Part shown: positions 1 through 7,585 of the stretch, one piece after another
Numbering within the stretch: the first letter of the stretch is position 1
Layout of the letters: every line of letters begins with the position of its first letter
Source of the DNA: an uncultured bacterium
GTDB taxonomy: Bacteria; Patescibacteriota; Minisyncoccia; Phycocordibacterales; UBA9973
NCBI GenBank assembly: GCA_903834665.1
Contig: CAILJY010000070.1
Coordinates: 1 to 45,132, forward strand
Direction: 5' to 3'
DNA length: 45,132 nt
The notes under the pieces: generated by a model
The model's database searches: none
Told to the model about the DNA's origin: nothing
The model's input: only the letters and a program-made list of their open reading frames with translations
Position numbers and translations under genes: made by a program

Positions 1-1044
1 AATAAGAGGAGCTAAAATGTAAGCAACTGGCATCATATCTCGGAAGACACTAAGTAGATAAGCTTCTTCTTCTTTAATATGAGTAAAGAAATAAATTTCT
101 GAGGTCGTTTCTATAATGCTTGCTCCAACTCTTGTCATAAATAAAACAATTGCCCATGTTAATACATTTTTTGTTGTTATCCCGGCAATTAAAAATGTTG
201 AAATACTTATAATAATAAAACCAATATACAAGAGTGTTCTTTTTTTTACATGGTATTTATCAATCAATATTCCAATAGGAAGACCGAAAATAACAAAAGG
301 TGAGAGCATTATAGTAAAAATAATTCCAATTTGCATCCAACCTAAGCCAATATGATTATGTAAATATATTGGAGTGTAAACAACCATCCAAGCAAAAAAG
401 AATTGAAGAATAAAGTTAATTATTGTAATCGCCAGCATGTGGTGGTTTTTTTTCAAAAATCTATAAGTCTCCATAAATGGAGTCTTTTTGTAAGTTTTAT
501 CTTTAAACGTTTTGACTGAAAAAAATAATCCAATTGTCATTATGATAGTTGCAATAAAAGCCAATATATAAATTGCTTTGTATCCACCTTCTTTGGTAAT
601 AAGAAAAGAAGCAATAAGAGGGGAAGCCATCCAAGCTAAATTTATAATTGTCAGATAAAGACCTCGGGTTTTGCCGACAGTTTTTTCATCTCCAAAATGT
701 TCAATAAAGATATCAATACACATAAGTATTTGAATATTTGTTGAAGTAAAAGCAACAAAAGCTGATCCAATCAAATATGGATTACGCGAAGTTATCATTA
801 CCACTAATGACAGCATATTAATAAGCAGTAACCATAAAGTTAATCTTCTATTTCCAAAGTATTGTAAAATATTAGCACTTTTTGAAAGAAGGAATAATGT
901 TGCTAATGAAGAAAGAGTAAAAAGTATTCCAACATATTTTTCTGAAATTATTTCAGATAAAAAAGTTGAATTAATATAAGCAGATAATGCAATATGTAGT
1001 GTGAACAAGAATGACAAAACATACATTCGATTTATTTTATTCAT
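1..1044 (-). CDS. MFS-like multi-pass transporter, partial (C-terminal end runs off the window)
   Basis: Absent from the ORF track because it has no stop codon in the window. My translation of the reverse strand from ATG 1044-1042 (MNKINRMYVLSFLFTLHIALSAYINSTFLSEIISEKYVG...) stays open for 348 codons to base 1. It has many hydrophobic helices and a basic loop (FGNRRLTLW) resembling MFS motif A. Confidence 0.55.
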   Translation of the reverse strand, partial: MNKINRMYVLSFLFTLHIALSAYINSTFLSEIISEKYVGILFTLSSLATLFLLSKSANILQYFGNRRLTLWLLLINMLSLVVMITSRNPYLIGSAFVAFTSTNIQILMCIDIFIEHFGDEKTVGKTRGLYLTIINLAWMASPLIASFLITKEGGYKAIYILAFIATIIMTIGLFFSVKTFKDKTYKKTPFMETYRFLKKNHHMLAITIINFILQFFFAWMVVYTPIYLHNHIGLGWMQIGIIFTIMLSPFVIFGLPIGILIDKYHVKKRTLLYIGFIIISISTFLIAGITTKNVLTWAIVLFMTRVGASIIETTSEIYFFTHIKEEEAYLLSVFRDMMPVAYILAPLI

Positions 1045-1056
1045 TTCTATATTTTT

Positions 1057-3057
1057 TTAAATACTTAATAATACTGGTATAACGAGAGGCCTTTTAGCAG
1101 TCTTTTGAAACAAAAACTTTGATATGTTGTCTCCCAGTGATGTTTTTATTATATCAAAATTAACAGGATTCATCCCTACCATTTCATCTTCTATTGTTTT
1201 TTTGATAATTAAACGAACTTGATGAAGTAACTCTTGATTTTCTTTTAGATAAATAAAACCTCGAGATATTATATCAGGGGACTTTCTTAGTTTGCCGGAG
1301 GTAGAATCAATCGTTGCAATTAGAACAAACATTCCATCTTGAGCAAGCATTACTCTATCTCTAATTACAACATTTTGTTCATCTCCAACAGAAAATCCAT
1401 CAACCATCATTGGGCCTGAGGGGGCTTTTTCTTTGCGAAGAATGATTTTATCTCCATTATCAACAATTTCTATAATTGAACCATTATCTGGAACAATAAT
1501 ATTATCAGAAGACATACCAATAGACATAGCAACTTCTTTATGTTTTACAAGCATTGAATGCCATCCATGGATTGGAATAAAAAATTTAGGATGTGTTTTT
1601 CTATGGAGCCATTTGATATCTTCTTGGTTGCCGTGTCCTGTCGCATGAATATATTCTTCACTTGTTCGGTAACTTATAATACGGACACCATGACGAGATA
1701 AATTATCTTTAAGATGTTGAACAGCAATTTCATTTCCTGGGACAATTGAAGAAGAAAGTATTATCGTATCTCCTTTACGAATCGTAAATTTTTTATGAGT
1801 TTTATTTGCGGCACGACCAAGTGCGGCGAATTCTTCTCCTTGAGCTCCAGTCATCATAATAAGAACTTTATTAGGAGGATATTTATCAACATCTTCAACC
1901 GGGATAATTGTTCCTTTTTTAGGGGTAAAAATTCCGGCTAATTCACATACTTCCATGTTTGTTTTTAGAGATCTACCATCAAGAACAACTTTTTTACCTA
2001 AAGATTCAGCTATTTCAACAATCTTCATTAGGCGTGTAATTGACGAAGCAAAAGCTGAAATAATTATACGCCCTGTCCCTTGTCTTATAACTTTATCTAG
2101 TCCTTCATGAACTCTTGATTCAGGTAAAGAGAAACCCTCATTTTCTATGTTTGTTGAATCTGTTAAAAGTAATAAAACTTTTTCTTTGTCAAAAAAAGCG
2201 TATTCTTTTTCTTCTTCATCAGAAACTACTCCATCTATTTGATCTAATTTGTAATCCCCAGGTGTTACAATTGAACCATATGGAGTCTCTATTACAATTC
2301 CCATTGAATCAGGCATTGTGTGTGTTACGCCAAAAAAACGAACACGTAAATTTCCGACTTGAATAACAGAATTTTTCTCAACAATATTTACATCAAGTGC
2401 AGGTAAATGAGGAAATTCTTCTTGTCTCTTTTTCATTACCAAGATTGAAAGATTTCTAGAATATAATGGGGGATTGCCGATACGACTCATTACCAAAGGT
2501 ATTCCTCCTATGTGATCCAAGTGTCCGTGAGTTACAAGCATTGCTCTTATTTTATCTTTTCTTTCTTCTAAATACGTAGTATTAGGAATAATATAATCAA
2601 TACCTGGAGTATCTTCAGTCTTAAATTGCATTCCGGCATCAATAACAATAATGTCATCACCAATTTCAACAGCGGTCATGTTTTTACCTATTTCCTCAAC
2701 TCCTCCTAATGGGATTATCCTTATAACACCTTTTTCTGGGGGAGGGATTGGATTTTTTTTATTTTTATCAGATATAATTTTATTTTTGTTTGATTGTTCA
2801 TCCCTTTTAGGTCTTTGGTGAATTTTTGAATTATTATATTGATAACTACTTTTGATTATTTTTTTATTAGAGATAGGAGAATTGACCTTAACGCTTGAAT
2901 AAGCATTTTGTTTTATTGGATTTGTAATATTTGTAGCCGTCTTGATAGAAGGGGTTTGGGGTTTATGTAATACTCTTATATTACCTTGTTTTCGATAACT
3001 AAAATTCATACCACTTTTTGATTTAGGGTCATTTGTTTTTTTCGGTGTTTCATTCAT
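1057..3057 (-). CDS. rnj: Ribonuclease J (metallo-beta-lactamase/beta-CASP) with a ~110-aa low-complexity N-terminal extension
   Basis: 666-aa ORF. Core starts at IRIIPLGGVEEIGKNM, carries the HxHxDH motif (VTHGHLDHIGG), and has beta-CASP and C-terminal domains of RNase J length. Confidence 0.9.
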   Translation of the reverse strand: MNETPKKTNDPKSKSGMNFSYRKQGNIRVLHKPQTPSIKTATNITNPIKQNAYSSVKVNSPISNKKIIKSSYQYNNSKIHQRPKRDEQSNKNKIISDKNKKNPIPPPEKGVIRIIPLGGVEEIGKNMTAVEIGDDIIVIDAGMQFKTEDTPGIDYIIPNTTYLEERKDKIRAMLVTHGHLDHIGGIPLVMSRIGNPPLYSRNLSILVMKKRQEEFPHLPALDVNIVEKNSVIQVGNLRVRFFGVTHTMPDSMGIVIETPYGSIVTPGDYKLDQIDGVVSDEEEKEYAFFDKEKVLLLLTDSTNIENEGFSLPESRVHEGLDKVIRQGTGRIIISAFASSITRLMKIVEIAESLGKKVVLDGRSLKTNMEVCELAGIFTPKKGTIIPVEDVDKYPPNKVLIMMTGAQGEEFAALGRAANKTHKKFTIRKGDTIILSSSIVPGNEIAVQHLKDNLSRHGVRIISYRTSEEYIHATGHGNQEDIKWLHRKTHPKFFIPIHGWHSMLVKHKEVAMSIGMSSDNIIVPDNGSIIEIVDNGDKIILRKEKAPSGPMMVDGFSVGDEQNVVIRDRVMLAQDGMFVLIATIDSTSGKLRKSPDIISRGFIYLKENQELLHQVRLIIKKTIEDEMVGMNPVNFDIIKTSLGDNISKFLFQKTAKRPLVIPVLLSI

Positions 3058-3071
3058 ATTTTATTTATTTA

Positions 3072-4877
3072 TTATTTGTTAAAAATTTTCCAAACTCTAT
3101 CTGTATCGGCTGACCATTCATAAACTAAAGAGAATCGATCTGCGGGCACAGTTATATTTGTAAATGTTGTGTTATTAAGTCGAGGGGATGTGGCATATAA
3201 ATACTCAGGAGAATATATTAATATTGCTGGTATATTTATATTAAATTCTTCTTTTAGGCTTTTATATTTATCCACTCGGTTTTCTATTTCTAATGTTTTT
3301 TGGATAGATTCAAGAAGGGTATCTACTTTTTTATTATTATACATTGCAATATTTAATCCAGGATCAGTTTTTTGAGATGAATGCCAGTATGAATACAAAT
3401 CTGACTCATGGTTGACAACTTGTCCAAATAATAAGGCTTCATAATCACGAGATCTTATTTGTTGATTTAATTGTCCTGTTTCATAAACCTTTTTTGTATC
3501 AACTTCGAAACCAATTTTTTCTAATTGATTTTTAACTAATTGAGTAGCTTCTTTCAATTCAGGGGTATCACCAGTAATTAAAGAAAAAGAAAGTCTCATG
3601 ATTGGAGTATTACTTTTGACTTGGACAGTCTCTGTAACTGTTTTCTTGCCGACTTTTTTTGTGATAGTTTTTGTAGTCGTACCTCCTTTTGTTCGTATAC
3701 CGTCTTCACCCTTTATCCAGCCTGCTTTTTCTAAAATAAGATTAGCCTCATCAATCTTTGCTTCATGAAAGGTTAGGTCATTTTCATGACCAGCAATCTT
3801 CTGGGGGATTGGATCATGTATGATAGATCCATATCCATATAGGACCTCATTAACAATAATTTGTCTATCAATAGCAATATTGAAAGCTTTAATCACGTTT
3901 TGGTCTGCAAAGATTTTATTATTATTACTATTAAAAAAGATTCCAAAAACACGAGGAAGAGTAGCTGTGTGGATTTTGTAGTTCTCTTTTTCTATATTTT
4001 TTATATTTTCAGGACTAACACCACCTGCTTGGTCTACATCATGATTGGTCAAAGCTTTTATTAGATCTTTTTCATTGGCGTATGAAATTATATTTATATT
4101 TTTTATTAATGGTTTACCTAGGCTAAAATTATTAAAACGTTCAAGTTTATAGATTTCTGGGATACCATCTTTATTTTTGGTAATAGAATTTATTTTATAT
4201 GGCCCTGAACCTATTGCTTTTGTATTGATAGGGGATAAATTAAATTCATTAGCACTTATGTTTTTCCAAATACTAGAAGGAAGAATCCCTATAGTGGTAT
4301 TATCCAAAAAAGATATATATGGTTTAGCAAGAGTAAAAACAATCGTATAATCGTCTTTTTTACTAACGTTGACTCCATCCCATCCCATTTTACGGGGACT
4401 TTTAATTAGAGGATCTTTAATTTTTTCTATTGTAAAAATAACATCATCTGCTGTAACTTTTTTACCATTGTGAAATTCAGCGTCTTTCCTTAAAATAAAA
4501 GTATAATTTATTCCATCTGGTGAAATTGTAAATGATTCTGCTAGATCAGGGATAAAATTACCTTCATTATCTTTTCTCATTAATCCTGAAAAGACTAGAG
4601 AGGTTAGATCTTTATCAGCATCTGAAATTGCAATAACAGGGTTTACTAAAGTAGGAGTACCGACGATTCCTTCAGTTATTTCTCCTCCACTTACAGGGAT
4701 ATCTACCATAAACATGGAATTTATTTGACTTAAAAGTATAACGACTGATATGATCGCAACAGATAAGATTGAAACAAAAAAAGTAAACTGTTTCTTTGAA
4801 AAAGAAGCGACAGCATTTAATAGTTCTTGTTTTTTATAAGTATGTAATTCTTTAATAAAGAGAATAATTTTATGCAT
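3072..4877 (-). CDS. ABC transporter substrate-binding protein, family 5 (peptide/nickel type), membrane-anchored
   Basis: 601-aa ORF with an N-terminal TM helix. Segments such as LVFSGLMRKDNEGNFIPDLAESFTISPDGINYTFILRKDAEFHNGKKVTADDV are typical of SBP family 5 (OppA/DppA-like). No permease or ATPase gene is adjacent. Confidence 0.8.
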   Translation of the reverse strand: MHKIILFIKELHTYKKQELLNAVASFSKKQFTFFVSILSVAIISVVILLSQINSMFMVDIPVSGGEITEGIVGTPTLVNPVIAISDADKDLTSLVFSGLMRKDNEGNFIPDLAESFTISPDGINYTFILRKDAEFHNGKKVTADDVIFTIEKIKDPLIKSPRKMGWDGVNVSKKDDYTIVFTLAKPYISFLDNTTIGILPSSIWKNISANEFNLSPINTKAIGSGPYKINSITKNKDGIPEIYKLERFNNFSLGKPLIKNINIISYANEKDLIKALTNHDVDQAGGVSPENIKNIEKENYKIHTATLPRVFGIFFNSNNNKIFADQNVIKAFNIAIDRQIIVNEVLYGYGSIIHDPIPQKIAGHENDLTFHEAKIDEANLILEKAGWIKGEDGIRTKGGTTTKTITKKVGKKTVTETVQVKSNTPIMRLSFSLITGDTPELKEATQLVKNQLEKIGFEVDTKKVYETGQLNQQIRSRDYEALLFGQVVNHESDLYSYWHSSQKTDPGLNIAMYNNKKVDTLLESIQKTLEIENRVDKYKSLKEEFNINIPAILIYSPEYLYATSPRLNNTTFTNITVPADRFSLVYEWSADTDRVWKIFNK

Positions 4878-4916
4878 AAAAACCCTAGTTTAGATAGTTG
4901 AATTAAATATCTTTAA

Positions 4917-5150
4917 CTATTTTACGAATATAGCGATAAACGAAGATGCTACAAAAAGAATACCTATAACAATAGTGAGATAAAAGAGGAACTTCTCGAA
5001 ACCACGACGTGTACTATAAAGTCCACCACCGTCTCCTCCTCCTAATGCTCCTCCAACTCCTGCACTTGATTGCTGAAGTAGAATTGCGACTATTAAGATA
5101 ATAGATAATATAATCTGTATATAAGGTAACATTTTAGCGATAATCGTCAT
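4917..5150 (-). CDS. secG: Preprotein translocase subunit SecG
   Basis: 77 aa with two TM helices flanking a Gly-rich loop (LLQQSSAGVGGALGGGDGGGLYSTRRGFEKFL), the classic SecG layout. Confidence 0.8.
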   Translation of the reverse strand: MTIIAKMLPYIQIILSIILIVAILLQQSSAGVGGALGGGDGGGLYSTRRGFEKFLFYLTIVIGILFVASSFIAIFVK

Positions 5151-5203
5151 ATTTTTCTACTATACTATATTTTATGGTAATAAGCAAATTAAATTTGTCT
5201 ATT

Positions 5204-6073
5204 TTAGTCATTTGGCTCAACGTGAATCAGTATATTTGATAACTCTGGAATTTCTTGATTTAATCTATTTTTTAACTTATGAGATATGTCATGGCCTTCT
5301 TTTACTGATATTTTGGCATCTACCGTGATATGTAAATCAGCATGAAATTGCATCCCAGTTTTTCTAATAAAACATTTTTCTGTATCAATTACACCTTCTA
5401 CTTTTTTTGAAATATCTCTTATATTAGCAATAATTTCATCGTGTGTGTGTTCATCCATTATCTCACCTAATGCTGGTCTAAATATTAAATAACAATTGTA
5501 AAGTATAAATAATGACGCAAACAATGCTGCTATATCATCAGCTTTTTCAAAACCCTTACCCAAAATCAGAGCAACTGTTATTCCAATGAATGCCGCTACT
5601 GAAGTTATTGCATCACTTCTATGATGCCAAGCATCGGCTTTTAGAGAAGTACTTTTGGTCTCTTTGCTTTTTTTAACGACTAATCTATATGAAATTTCTT
5701 TCCAAATAATAATTCCAGCTAGAATAAAAAGAGTATATGTTTTGGGCATTTCATGTGGAGTCCCTATATTTATTATTGCTTGACGCGCAATAATACTTGC
5801 AGAAACTATTAGGGAGCCAACAACAAGAAATGTGACAAGTGGTTCTATTCTTCCATGTCCATAGGGGTGATTTTTATCTGCGGGCTTTGATGAATATTTG
5901 ATTCCAAATAAAACTAAAATAGAAGAGAAAATATCAGTAGTAGATTCTATTGCATCAGCGATTAAAGCATATGAATTTCCAAAAACTCCAGCGGTCCATT
6001 TTATAGCTGCGAGTAGGGCATTGCTTAAAATACTAAAATAAATAGTTTTAACAGCTGTTGTTTGATGAGACAT
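5204..6073 (-). CDS. Cation diffusion facilitator family transporter
   Basis: 289 aa, six TM segments, conserved HHRSDAITSVAAFIG and a C-terminal cytoplasmic domain (CzcD/FieF-like). Confidence 0.85.
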   Translation of the reverse strand: MSHQTTAVKTIYFSILSNALLAAIKWTAGVFGNSYALIADAIESTTDIFSSILVLFGIKYSSKPADKNHPYGHGRIEPLVTFLVVGSLIVSASIIARQAIINIGTPHEMPKTYTLFILAGIIIWKEISYRLVVKKSKETKSTSLKADAWHHRSDAITSVAAFIGITVALILGKGFEKADDIAALFASLFILYNCYLIFRPALGEIMDEHTHDEIIANIRDISKKVEGVIDTEKCFIRKTGMQFHADLHITVDAKISVKEGHDISHKLKNRLNQEIPELSNILIHVEPND

Positions 6074-6180
6074 ATAATAAGGATATAAAAATTGGGAGGG
6101 TTTGGCAAATTTTTGGAAATATAAATTAGGATTTAGTCACAAATATTTTTCTGTTGAAAAATCTTGTGATCCTGACTCAG

Positions 6181-6313
6181 TCAAGAAGAGGACTAGAACC
6201 TTACAGGTTCAGTATACCTTTCATATTTTTGAAAATATTAATTTTCAAAAATGTATTCAAGGTTTTCAAGATCCTCTCCCGCAAGCCAAGTAGTTGGCTT
6301 GCTCTGGGCACCA
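6181..6313 (+). ncRNA. tRNA-Leu-partnered structured element (copy B of the tRNA-end-mimic family)
   Basis: Same module order as the 137-nt repeats at 17679-17952: tRNA-Leu-derived arms, hairpin gaac-CTTACAG-gttc, a long AT hairpin, hairpin gcaagccaa-gtag-ttggcttgc, and an end of tctgggcacca. Strand is assigned by analogy with copy A. Confidence 0.45.
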
Positions 6314-6358
6314 TATAAAAAAACTATCTTAAAGATAGTTTTTTTATATGGTGCCCAG
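6304..6358. terminator. Perfect 27+1+27 palindrome with A7/T7-flanked core (bidirectional terminator) overlapping the tRNA-Leu 3' end
   Basis: ctgggcaccatataaaaaaactatctt-a-aagatagtttttttatatggtgcccag. The right arm, 6349-6358, is the tRNA-Leu acceptor 3' strand plus CCA. Confidence 0.7.
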
Positions 6359-6433
6359 GAGAGGACTTGAACCTCCAAGGATTGCTCCACTAGTTCCTAA
6401 GACTAGCGCGTATACCAATTCCGCCACCTGGGC
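6349..6433 (-). tRNA. tRNA-Leu (anticodon TAG), class II long variable arm, CCA encoded
   Basis: The reverse complement gcccaggtggcggaattggtatacgcgctagtcTTAGgaactagtggagcaatccttggaggttcaagtcctctcctgggcacca folds as a cloverleaf with anticodon loop cuUAGga. Confidence 0.93.
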
Positions 6434-6476
6434 ATGAAATCATACTAGCAAAAATATATACAAATTGCTACTTTTT

Positions 6477-6503
6477 CCAGATAGCGCCCGAAGCGCTATC
6501 TGG
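6477..6503. other. Perfect 11-bp-stem hairpin between tRNA-Cys and tRNA-Leu (possible processing or termination signal)
   Basis: ccagatagcgc-ccgaa-gcgctatctgg. The loop reads UUCGG on the minus (tRNA) strand. There is no clear U-tract on that strand. Confidence 0.4.
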
Positions 6504-6528
6504 TTGTATTTGGAAGTTTATATCTTTG

Positions 6529-6600
6529 AGGCCTGGGGCGGAATTGAACCGCCGCATAGAGATTTTGCAGATCTCTGCCTTACCACTTGGCTACCAGGCC
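6529..6600 (-). tRNA. tRNA-Cys (anticodon GCA), no encoded CCA
   Basis: The reverse complement ggcctggtagccaagtggtaaggcagagatctGCAaaatctctatgcggcggttcaattccgccccaggcct has 7-bp acceptor, D, anticodon (cuGCAaa) and T arms. Confidence 0.93.
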
Positions 6601-6647
6601 TTATTAAATATTGAAATAACTTTTATAAAACGTAAACATATATTAAC

Positions 6648-6707
6648 GATCTGCAGATCTCTGTCTATTATTCATTTTGCTCCGCTCATGCCACTTGTTA
6701 CCAGGTT
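6648..6707 (-). pseudogene. Degenerate duplicate of the tRNA-Cys 5' half, interrupted by 24 nt
   Basis: gatctgcagatctctgtct (6648-6666) matches gene segment gattttgcagatctctgcct (6561-6580). ccacttgttaccagg (6691-6705) matches ccacttggctaccagg (6583-6598). No 3' half is present. Confidence 0.6.
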
Positions 6708-6839
6708 GATATTATATTTAACCAGTTGTGCTAGTATATCATAAAATAACTAAATATTAAATGGTCTTATAATATTCTTTATAATATAAGGACATTTTAG
6801 ATATTTGAAAAAGTATTTTTTAAAATCACTAAAAAATAC

Positions 6840-6868
6840 TTGACAAATTATCTTATAGGTGCTATACT
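6840..6868 (+). promoter_or_regulatory. Near-consensus sigma70-type promoter with no CDS downstream
   Basis: TTGACA (6840-6845), 17-nt spacer, TATACT (6863-6868). Confidence 0.55.
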
Positions 6869-6874
6869 TTAATT

Positions 6875-7240
6875 AAATATGATTGATGCTCTTTGAAGTT
6901 CTCGAACTAATAAGAAAAATCAATAATTATGATTTCTCATCATATGGGCTACGCGCTAATTGAGTAAATCATTTATTGGCTACACATTTGTGGCTAGATT
7001 GGATCTATAGGATTATTTTACATATTTTATGTAATTTGTCTTGAACCTTTGGGTTCAATAATAGTTTAATTATTTATTTTTTTTAATTTAGTATCTTGGT
7101 TATGTATTTTTTAGCCAAGAATAGAGATGTGTTCCTGAAAGGTTTGATAGGCGTAGCATGTCAAATTTATTAAGGTAAAATTGTTTAAAATTTTTTATAG
7201 AATAACCTGCTTTCGTATGATTGCGGGTTTTATTTTTTTT
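6875..7240 (+). ncRNA. Candidate unclassified ncRNA bounded by a strong promoter and an intrinsic terminator
   Basis: About 365 nt without a credible ORF. Local hairpins include ttgaacc-tttg-ggttcaa at ~7052-7069 and tcttggtt...agccaaga at ~7103-7129. Long-range pairing joins gctacgc-g-cta (6948-6958) with tag-gcgtagc (7148-7157). I could not find hallmarks of tmRNA, RNase P, SRP or 6S RNA. Confidence 0.35.
7204..7240 (+). terminator. Intrinsic terminator (stronger U-tract on the plus strand)
   Basis: aacctgc-tttcgtatgatt-gcgggtt followed by ttatttttttt. It lies just past the rbfA stop on the other strand. Confidence 0.6.
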
Positions 7241-7248
7241 ATTTGAGA

Positions 7249-7575
7249 TTAATTATTCATCAATAACTCGTCAATTTTTTGTCTGTTTTTTTCGCCTTCA
7301 TCTATTTCAACATCGAGGTACGGAATGGGATTTATTTTTAGATTTTTAGAAACATATTTTCTTAATTCTCCTAAATTTCTTTTTATAAATCCATAAGCGG
7401 CTTTTTCTTTTTCTCGTGGTAAAACACTAATCATAATGGTAGATTTTTTACCATCAGGGGACATAAGAACTCTAGTTACAGTTATCATAGAAGTAGGCCC
7501 TGCTTCACGTTCTATAAATATAGCGGCAAGTTCTTTAATATTATTTTTTATTTTTTCATTTCTAAATTCAGACAT
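7249..7575 (-). CDS. rbfA: Ribosome-binding factor A
   Basis: 108 aa directly downstream of infB. Size and sequence are RbfA-like (ITVTRVLMSPDGKKSTIMISV...). Confidence 0.85.
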   Translation of the reverse strand: MSEFRNEKIKNNIKELAAIFIEREAGPTSMITVTRVLMSPDGKKSTIMISVLPREKEKAAYGFIKRNLGELRKYVSKNLKINPIPYLDVEIDEGEKNRQKIDELLMNN

Positions 7576-7585
7576 ATAAATTTAA

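Noticed and set aside
6181-6313. tmRNA or a second tRNA-Leu gene on the plus strand, because the segment ends in a T-arm-like sequence plus gggcacca
   Set aside because: There is no matching acceptor 5' strand, no D arm and no alanine-type G3-U70. There is no tag reading frame. The T-stem 5' strand is not adjacent to the T-loop.
6102-6744. ORFs 6102-6293 (63 aa) and 6526-6744 (72 aa)
   Set aside because: The first overlays the tRNA-Leu partner element and starts at a non-ATG codon. The second is antisense to tRNA-Cys and its 5'-half duplicate. Neither has coding-like composition.
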